64,000 bases of DNA from a virus. Taxonomy: Duplodnaviria > Caudoviricetes. The position numbers were made by a program, and so were the translations under genes. Numbering within the stretch: the stretch's first letter is position 1; every line of letters begins with the position of its first letter. Positions 26,126-35,113 of this stretch are shown here, one piece after another. The stretch spans positions 1 through 64,000 of the IMG/VR virus record IMGVR_UViG_3300044723_001152. One strand, 5' to 3'. The notes beneath the pieces are model-generated. The model was not told where the DNA came from. It did not search any database and was given only the letters and a program-made list of their open reading frames with translations.

Positions 26126-26317
26126 CTAGGCCTCATTCATAACGTTTTCTTCAACGTTATTCCAGTTAATGTCATAAACATTAGGGTAGAAGTTTTTCAT
26201 AATCTCAACAAACTCTAATCTCTCATTCGTAGATTTAAGGTTAGCGAATGTTCTAAAGATATTTTCTTTAGTCATATTGTTTTCAAGTTCTTTAATATTC
26301 ATAATGTTCTCTTTCAT
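26126..26317 (-). CDS. Small early hypothetical protein
   Basis: 63 aa, directly after a sigma70-type promoter. Confidence 0.6.
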   Translation of the reverse strand: MKENIMNIKELENNMTKENIFRTFANLKSTNERLEFVEIMKNFYPNVYDINWNNVEENVMNEA

Positions 26318-26333
26318 TTTTTATTATTCTTAT

Positions 26334-26362
26334 ATCCTACACCATTTTTGGTCAAAAGTCAA
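26334..26362 (-). promoter_or_regulatory. Early-type promoter of the 63-aa/vWA operon
   Basis: TTGACT-17-TAGGAT followed by ATAAGAATAAT, as at cobS. Confidence 0.8.
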
Positions 26363-26438
26363 TAATTATTTTTAATAAAACCAAAGAAAAAAACGTTATA
26401 TTTCAATAACTTCGTTAGGGTGCGTCAATCCGCACAGC

Positions 26439-27983
26439 CTAATGGACACTTTTCCAGTCAAAATTCGTCACTAATTCCATTCCATACTCGTTGGAACCCT
26501 CTGGCAATACCACTCCATCTCGGAGTTTTAACTTATTCACTTTAAATGGAGTATAATCCACAAAGTGGTGCCATCTACCATATTTCCATACTAAGGTTGC
26601 CACATCTGGGTGCATATCTACCAACATCTGGGATTTGTTTATCGTGCCATCTACGTTATAACCAGTCTTCTTAAACTCATCATTATCTGTATTCTCGGCA
26701 TGATAGAACTCTGCCGTGTTACCACCTTTAACTGTTTGAGTGGCAGCCTTGCCCTGTAGAAAGGCATTGAACTGGACACATACATCACCATCTTTCAACA
26801 CTCTTAAACATATATCCGTGTCTTCATTATATCTACCACGCCATCTATGTTTGGTATCGTTACGAATTAATAAACATGAATATATTCTCGTGTTAGAAAC
26901 AAAAGGTGGATAGTTACTATCTGGTGCGATGAAGAAACGATATTGTGGTCCTGCGATATAAACGTTTGAATATCTATCAACGAAATCTTCCATCACTTGA
27001 AACCCTACACCACTCTCAAATCTTATCCTCTTGTTATTATGTAATCTGTAAAAGTCTGTTATGTTGTCATCAAAAACCCAGTGACTTGTCGCACCAATAG
27101 ATATGGAATGGTCCCATGCCCAGTTTCTGGCACGACCAGGTCCATCACCGTGATTGGAGAATGGTGCCTCTAGTAGTGTTACATATGGTCGTATCTTAAA
27201 ATTATCAAGTGCCTTATCATAGTCGTTCATGTCTTGTGGTTCTACAACGATATAATGTGGTATCTCCATTCGTGCCAGACTTCTACTCGTAATCATCGTA
27301 TCACTACGACCTTTACTTACGATGTAACAAGGGTGTTTTGGGTTCGTTCTACCATTTGGTTGTATCCATCTGAGTAGTAAGTTCTTCGTTATCTCTAACT
27401 TTGGATGCCACAGAGATTTACTTTTCTCTGTCACCTCTTGTTCTATCTTCTCACCAAACTCCTTGTAATCTTCCTTAGTTCTAAAGTGTAGTAAAAATTT
27501 TCTGTATGGTGCGTTGTCCTCTTGTTTAAATTTTGGCATACCCTTCCAATGTTTGGGCCATGCGTTCTCTTGTATCTCACTATCTCTCGTCTTATCTGCT
27601 TTTATCTTACCAAAAAATTTCTTTGCCTTCTTTGGTTCTATCTTGTTCCTATCAATCACAACTGGTTCATCATCATCTGCCAAGAATGACGTGCCCTCAC
27701 TCGTTGATTTGATTGGGTAGTATGTCTCTGATACGTTACCTGGTATTGATTGGTTAATCTTCTTACAGAAATCTTCTAGGTCATCTAGGTTACGGAATGC
27801 CATGTATACTGTCTTATACACATCATCTTTACCCTTACTCTCTTTCTGTTTGTGATCCACCACAGCGTCAGCGATGAGTTCATCACCCTCAACATGTCTA
27901 TCAAGTGTTGCGATATAATCGTCATTCTTTACCTGTGTCTTATCCATGAAGTTATCATATCTAGCCGTTTCTTTTACCATCAC
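26439..27983 (-). CDS. GT-A fold glycosyltransferase (TET-associated/TAGT-like) with a duplicated N-terminal module; probable start ATG at 27980
   Basis: YIVSKGR, YIVVEPQD, GPGRARNWAWD, WVFDDN (DxD-like), RGRYNEDTDIC. Confidence 0.8.
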   Translation of the reverse strand: MMVKETARYDNFMDKTQVKNDDYIATLDRHVEGDELIADAVVDHKQKESKGKDDVYKTVYMAFRNLDDLEDFCKKINQSIPGNVSETYYPIKSTSEGTSFLADDDEPVVIDRNKIEPKKAKKFFGKIKADKTRDSEIQENAWPKHWKGMPKFKQEDNAPYRKFLLHFRTKEDYKEFGEKIEQEVTEKSKSLWHPKLEITKNLLLRWIQPNGRTNPKHPCYIVSKGRSDTMITSRSLARMEIPHYIVVEPQDMNDYDKALDNFKIRPYVTLLEAPFSNHGDGPGRARNWAWDHSISIGATSHWVFDDNITDFYRLHNNKRIRFESGVGFQVMEDFVDRYSNVYIAGPQYRFFIAPDSNYPPFVSNTRIYSCLLIRNDTKHRWRGRYNEDTDICLRVLKDGDVCVQFNAFLQGKAATQTVKGGNTAEFYHAENTDNDEFKKTGYNVDGTINKSQMLVDMHPDVATLVWKYGRWHHFVDYTPFKVNKLKLRDGVVLPEGSNEYGMELVTNFDWKSVH

Positions 27984-29053
27984 ATAAATCCTTCCAAGTT
28001 ACTGTATTCCATCTTATCATCATACCTCTTATTAATCATTTCGTTGATACCCTGTAGCCAATTATTTAGGCTATGTTTCTCTATCGTTTTCTCTTGTATA
28101 TCTCGCCTATGTTGTCTGGTGATAGTATATAGGGCATGGATACACTCCTCAAAGAAAGAACTATTACACACCCTCTTAACTTTCATTATGTGTAGTGGGT
28201 CTGCGGCAATCCTCTCTGACGCATGTTTATTGGTATCGTCAGTAAAGAGTATTGTTGGCACACCACAACCTAATGCTTCCATCGCGGTTATACCCCAACT
28301 CTCTCTTGGCCATGTTGATACGAATACTTTTGATTTAGATATATTCTCTAATACTTGTTTGTGGTCGGCACCCCTTATCACATTATCCCAATGTTGGTTG
28401 TTCTTTACATAGTCGTTGTTGGCGTCATTCTTATATGTGGCGTCATTCGTCATAACCAGACTTGTCACATTTGTTTTCTCTAATTTCTTCTTTATGATGA
28501 ATGGTGCTTTCTCTGGGTCATTTCTTGCCACCGTAGATACGTCCCATATACTTTCTTCGTTGAATGGCATATCTTCTGGTAGATAAGATGAGTTGATGTA
28601 ACCCTTGATTGGTCCAAAATCTATGTTCTTTATTCTCTTTGCTAATGCCACGTGGTAGTCATATTGATTTGGACTCACAAAATATAAGTGTGTGCCATTA
28701 TCGTTTAGGTCTTTTAGGATATTACCTAACTCAATCATACGGACGTCACGGACCAGAGGTTCGTGCATCACACAGATAAGTGGTATCTGAAAAGATAACA
28801 TCATTCTACCCCACCATGGATTATTAAATAATATCATGTCTGGTTTATGTTTTGTGATGGCGTCTTGTATTGTTTGTTTTGTCTTTCTATTCTCTTTTAT
28901 CTCATCAGTAATACACAATGGTATTGCCTCATCGTAGTTATCAAATATATCGTAACAAAACTTCTCTATACCACCAGTGACAACTCTACCAGTATTTGGT
29001 TCTACGGTCTCTGTCAGTTTGAAGTGTGTTGAGTATGGTATTAATACTTTCAT
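27980..29053 (-). CDS. GT-B fold (GT4-like) glycosyltransferase
   Basis: N-terminal GGIEKF; EX7E signature ESWGITAME followed by ALGCGVPTI. Confidence 0.85.
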   Translation of the reverse strand: MKVLIPYSTHFKLTETVEPNTGRVVTGGIEKFCYDIFDNYDEAIPLCITDEIKENRKTKQTIQDAITKHKPDMILFNNPWWGRMMLSFQIPLICVMHEPLVRDVRMIELGNILKDLNDNGTHLYFVSPNQYDYHVALAKRIKNIDFGPIKGYINSSYLPEDMPFNEESIWDVSTVARNDPEKAPFIIKKKLEKTNVTSLVMTNDATYKNDANNDYVKNNQHWDNVIRGADHKQVLENISKSKVFVSTWPRESWGITAMEALGCGVPTILFTDDTNKHASERIAADPLHIMKVKRVCNSSFFEECIHALYTITRQHRRDIQEKTIEKHSLNNWLQGINEMINKRYDDKMEYSNLEGFM

Positions 29054-29060
29054 ATTCTAT

Positions 29061-29089
29061 ATTATATCACAAAACGATAAAAAAGTCAA
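29061..29089 (-). promoter_or_regulatory. sigma70-type promoter of the glycosyltransferase pair
   Basis: TTGACT-17-TATAAT; ATG 7 nt after the -10. Confidence 0.85.
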
Positions 29090-29091
29090 GC

Positions 29092-30798
29092 CTAGTCCAC
29101 AATCTTAGTGAAATTCCCTGCTTTTTCGAACCTCATCACGTTGGCAAACTTATCCGCTATCATGTCCGTCTTGTGGGATATGATGAAGATATTCTCACCC
29201 TCTAAAGTATTTAGGATTTTGAGAAAGTCGTCCGTACCAGTTCCATCTAAACTACTGTCGAATATCTCATCTAGTAATAAGAGATTGGTGGATATACTGT
29301 TCTTCATCTTGGCAATAGCACGCCATGTGAATAGTAGTGCCAGATTTATTCTCATCTTCTCACCCTCACTAAAAGAGGCGTATGAGAACTCATCACGGAA
29401 TCTACTTCTTATAGTTTCTTTAAATTCATTGTCTAATCTAAAGTTTACAAAGAAGTCCATACTGGCAAGATACTTGTTAATCAACTGGTTCATTATTGGT
29501 AGGTATTGTTTGATGACCTTCGTCTTAATACCAGTATCATTCAACATCGTTTTTGCGGCCTGTAGGTAATCCAGTTCTTCACTCTTCACCAACTTCTTCT
29601 CATCGATACCCTTTTGTTGTTCTTCTAACTCTGACAACTTGCCCTTCGCTTCGCCAGTATCACTAGATTGTTGTTTGAGTTCATTTATCTTATGTGTCAA
29701 TTTTGTGTTAATATTGTGTAACTCTATTTTTGACTGTTCAAACTTCGCAACGTCAATCTCAACTGTTCTTATATCTGTTTCGACACTCTGTATCTTTTCT
29801 AACCTCTTACTCAATGATTGTATCTCTTTGTCAGCGTCCTCTAGTGCCTGGTTCCATTTCATTATCTGTCTGTTGTTATCATCAATCATTTCTTGTTTAT
29901 TAGATAGTGCCTGTTTACATGTTGGGCAATCATCGTGTGTCTCGTAGAATGATTTGTGTTTGTTACATTCTCGTAACTTACTCTCAAACTGTGCCTCGAA
30001 GTTTCTGAGTTTCGTTGATTTGTCTTGTATGCCATCTTTATCTAATATATCTTTTCTGAGTTTAGATATCTCTGATTGTAACCCTTGTATGTGTGTGTTG
30101 TATTTGTCTATGGCATCCGTGTTATCTGTCACCTTCTTTATCTCACTCTCAATCTCTATATCACTACGTACCTGTAGTTTCTCTATCATTTCTTTCTGTG
30201 TCTCTATCTTCGAGGTTACGATATCCAGTTCTCTCAATATATCTTTCGTCTGTTCTTCCTGTTCTTTTATCCGTATCTTCGCCAACATTTGCATCACGGA
30301 GAATACCTTGATATCCAATATATCTTCTACCACCTCTCGTCTATGTGCTGTCTTTAATTCCATGAATGGTACGAAGGTCGTTGAACCAAGTATGACAACC
30401 TGTGTGAATGACCTGAAGTTAAACTTTAGTATCTGTTGTTCTAACATCTTCTGGTGGTCTGCTATCGTTGCGTCCTGGTCAATCATCTCACCATTGAGGT
30501 ATATCTCAAATATACCTGGTTTGATACCTCGTCTTATCTTATACTTGTTATTGGCGATACTGAACTCTAGTTCTATCTCTGTGCCACCTAGGTTGACACT
30601 ATTGATTAACTGTTCTTTCTTTATCTCTCTGAAAGGTTTATTGAATAACGCAAAACATAATGCGTCTAGTATGGTAGATTTACCCGCACCATTGTGACCA
30701 ACCATCAACGTGGTTGAGTTCTGGTTAAGTGGTATCTCTATAAATGTATTACCGGAAGAAAGGAAGTTCTTCCATCTTATTGTTTCAAATGTTATCAT
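29092..30798 (-). CDS. gp46: Recombination endonuclease ATPase subunit (Rad50/SbcC-like)
   Basis: GHNGAGKS, CPTC zinc hook, FSEGEK signature, LLLDEIFD. Confidence 0.97.
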   Translation of the reverse strand: MITFETIRWKNFLSSGNTFIEIPLNQNSTTLMVGHNGAGKSTILDALCFALFNKPFREIKKEQLINSVNLGGTEIELEFSIANNKYKIRRGIKPGIFEIYLNGEMIDQDATIADHQKMLEQQILKFNFRSFTQVVILGSTTFVPFMELKTAHRREVVEDILDIKVFSVMQMLAKIRIKEQEEQTKDILRELDIVTSKIETQKEMIEKLQVRSDIEIESEIKKVTDNTDAIDKYNTHIQGLQSEISKLRKDILDKDGIQDKSTKLRNFEAQFESKLRECNKHKSFYETHDDCPTCKQALSNKQEMIDDNNRQIMKWNQALEDADKEIQSLSKRLEKIQSVETDIRTVEIDVAKFEQSKIELHNINTKLTHKINELKQQSSDTGEAKGKLSELEEQQKGIDEKKLVKSEELDYLQAAKTMLNDTGIKTKVIKQYLPIMNQLINKYLASMDFFVNFRLDNEFKETIRSRFRDEFSYASFSEGEKMRINLALLFTWRAIAKMKNSISTNLLLLDEIFDSSLDGTGTDDFLKILNTLEGENIFIISHKTDMIADKFANVMRFEKAGNFTKIVD

Positions 30799-30799
30799 A

Positions 30800-31453
30800 T
30801 TAAAAAAAGTAGTTAGGCCATTCGTCTCTATTAGTATATATCAGATTACCTGATACAGATATTCTCACACCATCACATCGAAATGGCAATACCATGTGTG
30901 ATTGTAGTGCTGGAAAGATGAACATATCTCCAACTTCTGGTGTAAAATACCTCTCTGTCATAGACCACTGTGGCCGGTTTACGACACCGTGTTGGAATAT
31001 AATTGAACCTGGGGGTGCTGAGTTTGGGTTAATGCCATGTAGGTCTGTCATACCTTCTGGTATCTGGCAATAGATTACGAATGACACATCACCAGAGTGG
31101 GTGTGTGGTGGGTTCGCCTCACCCTTGGTCATATAGTTGATCCATAACTGTGTGCCTCTCATAGCCACAGGGGTGTTTGGCGCACCGTGTTTACCAAATC
31201 CATGGTAGTTGTAATGCCTCAGACGGTACTCATTCCATATTGGTGCCATCTCATTGTAGAACCATTCACATTGTGCTTCGTTATATTCCCTCTCCACTTT
31301 TAGGTGCCCAGCAAGTTGATCCCTAAAATCTGTATCTAACGCATCACCACCAGCGATAAGATTATCTATCATATACTGAGGTAGACGGCAGTGCATTATG
31401 TAGGGACCCCAATTAATATCTTTCGTTTCAAATTGTACATCTGCTAAGTTCAT
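30800..31453 (-). CDS. Putative 2OG-Fe(II) oxygenase (TIGR02466-like)
   Basis: NPPHTH, SFVIY, IFPALQSHMV, RISVSGN. Confidence 0.8.
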   Translation of the reverse strand: MNLADVQFETKDINWGPYIMHCRLPQYMIDNLIAGGDALDTDFRDQLAGHLKVEREYNEAQCEWFYNEMAPIWNEYRLRHYNYHGFGKHGAPNTPVAMRGTQLWINYMTKGEANPPHTHSGDVSFVIYCQIPEGMTDLHGINPNSAPPGSIIFQHGVVNRPQWSMTERYFTPEVGDMFIFPALQSHMVLPFRCDGVRISVSGNLIYTNRDEWPNYFF

Positions 31454-32499
31454 ACTTCTATGTCTCCCGCCTCTGTGTATAAGGACTTCATCAATGTTTT
31501 GAGTTTGTCTTTATCGAGGTCTGTTTCAAGTTGTTCGATATAGTTATCTAACAACGTTGGTGTGTCTTCACTCCTCTCAGCGATATCATCTGCCACTGTC
31601 GAAGCGTCTAGGTCAGAATAGTCCTCTATAACTTTTATATCGTTGATATCTACCTTATAGAAACTATCTAAAAATTTGTCGAATAAGAAGTAATCTTTCT
31701 TCTTCTCTACTATCAGTTTTATATATTTGTCCTTGTATTGTTCGAAGTCAAAATCTTTGTAATCGTTTTCTTCGTCATTATAATATATCTTCTCGTGTAT
31801 CGTTGTATGATTTCGTATCTGTGTTAGTTCTCTCGTCTCTGTATCGTATATGTGAAAACCCTTGGGGCAATTATGGTCTGCCCAGTTAAACTCATATGGC
31901 GCACCAAGATAATATATCTGACTATCGTCAGATTTCTTGTGGAAGTGTCCGGAGAATACTGTCTCAAATCTTCTAAACAATCTCTTATCTAGTCCAATGT
32001 CAGATATGTGGCCATTATGCATTTCAAAGCCTTTTATCTCTAGGTGACCCATAACTATATCTGCGGTCTCCTGTTCTAACATCATCGTTGTTCGTTCAGT
32101 ATTCTGTGAGTTGACCCATGGTAAGAATAACATTCTCATACCACCACGTTCGACCACTGTGGGTTCTCTATAGATGTTAAAGAAATCACCAAGTAGTTCG
32201 TCTGGTGCGTTTATATCATTCGTATTCTTATAGTATGTATCATGGTTACCCACGATGATATCTACATTGTATTTCTCTAAACGTCTCACAATCTTATTGT
32301 TGAAATCAGATAGTGTCTTAAAATTAACAAACTTACGTCTATCTAATACGTCACCAAGATGTATAACGTCTTCTATCTTATGTTCTTCTAGGTATGGGAA
32401 GAATAACTCATCGTAAAACTTATAGAAGTATTTACTGTAATGTGGGTTATCGTTTCTCGCACCTAGGTGTGTGTCCGCAATAATCGCTATCTTTGTCAT
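31450..32499 (-). CDS. gp47: Recombination endonuclease nuclease subunit (Mre11/SbcD-like)
   Basis: ADTHLG, LGDVLD, GNHD, SGHFH. Confidence 0.97.
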   Translation of the reverse strand: MTKIAIIADTHLGARNDNPHYSKYFYKFYDELFFPYLEEHKIEDVIHLGDVLDRRKFVNFKTLSDFNNKIVRRLEKYNVDIIVGNHDTYYKNTNDINAPDELLGDFFNIYREPTVVERGGMRMLFLPWVNSQNTERTTMMLEQETADIVMGHLEIKGFEMHNGHISDIGLDKRLFRRFETVFSGHFHKKSDDSQIYYLGAPYEFNWADHNCPKGFHIYDTETRELTQIRNHTTIHEKIYYNDEENDYKDFDFEQYKDKYIKLIVEKKKDYFLFDKFLDSFYKVDINDIKVIEDYSDLDASTVADDIAERSEDTPTLLDNYIEQLETDLDKDKLKTLMKSLYTEAGDIEV

Positions 32500-33059
32500 G
32501 CCATAAAGTATTCTAACTTACGAGGTTCTTTCTTCTTACGTTTAACTGTTTTAGTTTCTTCTTTTGGTTTGTCTTCCTCGTATATCATGTTCTTCTTTAG
32601 AAAGTCAGCGTAGGCATTCTGGTATTCCGTGTTGTCACCTTCCTGTCTGACTATCTCATCTAGTCCACCCTTCATTATTAACTTTTGTTTTATCGTGGTC
32701 TGTTTCTTCTCTTTCTGTATTCTACGAATAAAAGCGTAATAGATTATCTGGGTGAAGTAGGCAAAAGGGTTGTTTGATTTCTCTGGGTCGAAGTTTGCTA
32801 CATACTGTAGGCAATTCTCTATACCATCACTAATCATATCCTCTTTGTATGTGTAGTTGATGAAGTTTGGTCTATACGATAAGTGGTTAGCAATCTTTAG
32901 AAAACATTCACCAATATAGTCAGATATCTTTGGATCTCTGTGGTTTCGTTTTCTAGCAGATACCACCTTCTTGTGGTACTTCTTCATTTCTTCTAGGAAC
33001 TTTTTATTGTCAACGTAATGTTCCGTCTTCTTCTTTTTTAATTTTACATTCATAGGCAT
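32496..33059 (-). CDS. gp55: Late-transcription sigma factor; probable start is the second ATG at 33053
   Basis: HYVDNKKF, KIANHLSYRPNFINYTY, NPFAYFTQIIYYAFIRRIQKEK. Confidence 0.97.
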   Translation of the reverse strand: MPMNVKLKKKKTEHYVDNKKFLEEMKKYHKKVVSARKRNHRDPKISDYIGECFLKIANHLSYRPNFINYTYKEDMISDGIENCLQYVANFDPEKSNNPFAYFTQIIYYAFIRRIQKEKKQTTIKQKLIMKGGLDEIVRQEGDNTEYQNAYADFLKKNMIYEEDKPKEETKTVKRKKKEPRKLEYFMA

Positions 33060-33088
33060 ATTATATCATATTTTAGTACGAAAGTCAA
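33060..33088 (-). promoter_or_regulatory. sigma70-type promoter of gp55
   Basis: TTGACT-17-TATAAT; second ATG 6 nt after the -10. Confidence 0.85.
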
Positions 33089-33134
33089 CCTCTCATACTA
33101 GGTTTAGTTAATTAAATTATTTTGAAAATAATGC

Positions 33135-33163
33135 TTGACATTTACCCTAACTTGGTGTATAAT
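33135..33163 (+). promoter_or_regulatory. Perfect-consensus sigma70 promoter on the + strand (antisense to all genes)
   Basis: TTGACA(33135-40)-17-TATAAT(33158-63), extended TG, AT-rich upstream region. Confidence 0.75.
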
Positions 33164-33195
33164 AGGCCATGTTAGGTCCTTCAGAGTATAGTGCT

Positions 33196-33642
33196 TTAGT
33201 TCTTCTTTCGATTACCTTTGAGATACTCTAAAGTCTCAAAGTAGTCATCATCATTCATTCTGTCTAATATCTTATTCATACTATCTTCCCTCTTTCTCTT
33301 TTCGAGTATAGGTTCCAAGTTTTTCTTATAGTTTATCCTCACGTTATTATAGTAATCTTTTAGGTTATCATTAGGCACGGCTAACGTCATTATGTGGTTT
33401 TTATGGACACTAAAAATCTTATCTGTAGATTGGAACACCCAGGGTCTGAGTGCCATACGTTCCTCAACATAGTAAGCCTCTTCCTCTATCTCAGAATTAT
33501 ATAAGTCTATCTTATAAGGTTCAGAAAGTCTGATGAAATCACTACCCTCTGTAACATACATGCCAGCGATAATCTGCTCACCAGATGTAAGTTTTAAAAG
33601 TCTAGGGACTGGTACTCTAACTGTTGTTTCTTTTTTATCCAT
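33196..33642 (-). CDS. Hypothetical protein, Sm-like fold suspected
   Basis: LLKLTSGEQIIA...IRLSEPY...LRPW resembles Sm-like phage proteins found after uvsW. Confidence 0.6.
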   Translation of the reverse strand: MDKKETTVRVPVPRLLKLTSGEQIIAGMYVTEGSDFIRLSEPYKIDLYNSEIEEEAYYVEERMALRPWVFQSTDKIFSVHKNHIMTLAVPNDNLKDYYNNVRINYKKNLEPILEKRKREDSMNKILDRMNDDDYFETLEYLKGNRKKN

Positions 33643-33646
33643 GTTC

Positions 33647-33653
33647 TATTTAT
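33647..33653 (-). promoter_or_regulatory. gp55 late promoter variant
   Basis: ATAAATA, 4 nt before ATG 33642. Confidence 0.6.
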
Positions 33654-33655
33654 GT

Positions 33656-35113
33656 CTATATTATATCTACGTTGTGGATCTCATAGTCGAACTCTTGTTC
33701 AGTATAGAATCCAACACGTTCCATAAAGTGATTGAGTGTGAAGTTTTTCTTATCATTCCAACTTAGATTATCCGCGATATCGTATAGAGTTGCTTTAACT
33801 TTATTATCACCAAGACGCAACCCACGACCAAGAGACTGTAAAACTCGTATCTTAGATTTGGTAGGGCTTGCGAATATAACATTGTGAAGATTCCTAATAT
33901 TGATACCAGTACTAAAAGTTCCATAACTCGCCACAATAATCGCATTGTTCTCACTTTCTGTAATCTTTCTTATGTCTTCTCTATCTGTGGTGTCTGTACC
34001 ACCATAAACGAAAAAAACTTTTCTATTTAATTCTTTTATACTATCATACAACATTCTGCCATGTTTGTCAACATATTGAAATAAAACTAAAGTATTCCCT
34101 TTTTGATCCTTGGCAAGGTTGTAGATAAACTTGTTTCTCTTTTGATGTGATACTATATAGTCCATCTCCTCCTGATAGGTTAGACCCTTGACTTGTTGAC
34201 AATCTTCTTTGGGGTACTTCAATACGACACATTGTATCTTTAGGTCCGCCAGTTGTCCCTTGTCAATGAGTTCTCTTGTCGATGTTACATTGGTTACAGG
34301 TCCAAATAAACCTTCTAATACCAATTTATGAACCTTACTATCATCTAGTGTGCCAGTAGTGCCTATACGAAAGTTGGCATTGACTAGGTTACCCATAATC
34401 TTTTGTAACTCTTTTGATTTGTAGAGATGGGCCTCATCTCCTATCACACAATCAAATTTCTCAAACCACTTCTTGTCGAATGTTGATAGTGATTGCCATG
34501 TGGATACAACGACAGGTTTAGCCTCATCTATATCGTAACCATAATACTTCCTCTGTACATGTGCCTCAGCGTCCCAACTGTAATCGATGAAGTCTTTATA
34601 CATCTGCTCGACCAGAGATGTTGTTGGAACCACCAATAGACTTTTCTTGCCAAGTGTTGTCATCATTCTTATTATACAATAGATGATGAGTGACTTGCCA
34701 GAAGCGGTAGGTGATAGTAGAATACATCTTCTATGGTTGATAGCGTGACTAAATGCGTCCAGTTGATAATCTCTAATTTTGAGGGTTTTCGTCAAAATCG
34801 TGTCAACAAACTTGGAAAAATCGTCTCTAGGAACGCTACCACCGCTGTTTAAGCCTTCCGGTAGTATGATTGTATGGCTGTTTTTTTCGCAAAAATGCTG
34901 TACATACGGCACTAGCCCTCTATATAACTTGCCAGTCGCCTTACTGTATAATCGTATCTTACCATCCCATCTCTTTGCCCTAACTGATGGCATGAATGAG
35001 GCTCCTGGTACTTGAAACGTAAAGAAATCTGATAGGTCTTGGAGTAACCCAAGATCCTCTGACTTACACTTGACGTATGCCTGATTAAAGATTTCTATTT
35101 GTAATTCGCTCAT
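33656..35113 (-). CDS. uvsW: SF2 helicase UvsW
   Basis: RDYQ, SPTASGKS, GDEAH, GTTGT, QSLGRGLR. Confidence 0.97.
   Translation of the reverse strand: MSELQIEIFNQAYVKCKSEDLGLLQDLSDFFTFQVPGASFMPSVRAKRWDGKIRLYSKATGKLYRGLVPYVQHFCEKNSHTIILPEGLNSGGSVPRDDFSKFVDTILTKTLKIRDYQLDAFSHAINHRRCILLSPTASGKSLIIYCIIRMMTTLGKKSLLVVPTTSLVEQMYKDFIDYSWDAEAHVQRKYYGYDIDEAKPVVVSTWQSLSTFDKKWFEKFDCVIGDEAHLYKSKELQKIMGNLVNANFRIGTTGTLDDSKVHKLVLEGLFGPVTNVTSTRELIDKGQLADLKIQCVVLKYPKEDCQQVKGLTYQEEMDYIVSHQKRNKFIYNLAKDQKGNTLVLFQYVDKHGRMLYDSIKELNRKVFFVYGGTDTTDREDIRKITESENNAIIVASYGTFSTGINIRNLHNVIFASPTKSKIRVLQSLGRGLRLGDNKVKATLYDIADNLSWNDKKNFTLNHFMERVGFYTEQEFDYEIHNVDII

Noticed and set aside
26415-26442. Hairpin TTAGG-GTGCG-loop-CGCAC-AG-CCTAA after the TAGT gene
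   Set aside because: Short, lacks a U-tract and partly overlaps the stop codon, so there is too little support to call it a terminator or ncRNA.
29108-30697. + strand ORFs opposite gp46, and similar short + strand ORFs throughout the window
   Set aside because: Fully antisense to well-supported core genes, with hydrophobic S/L/F composition typical of shadow frames.
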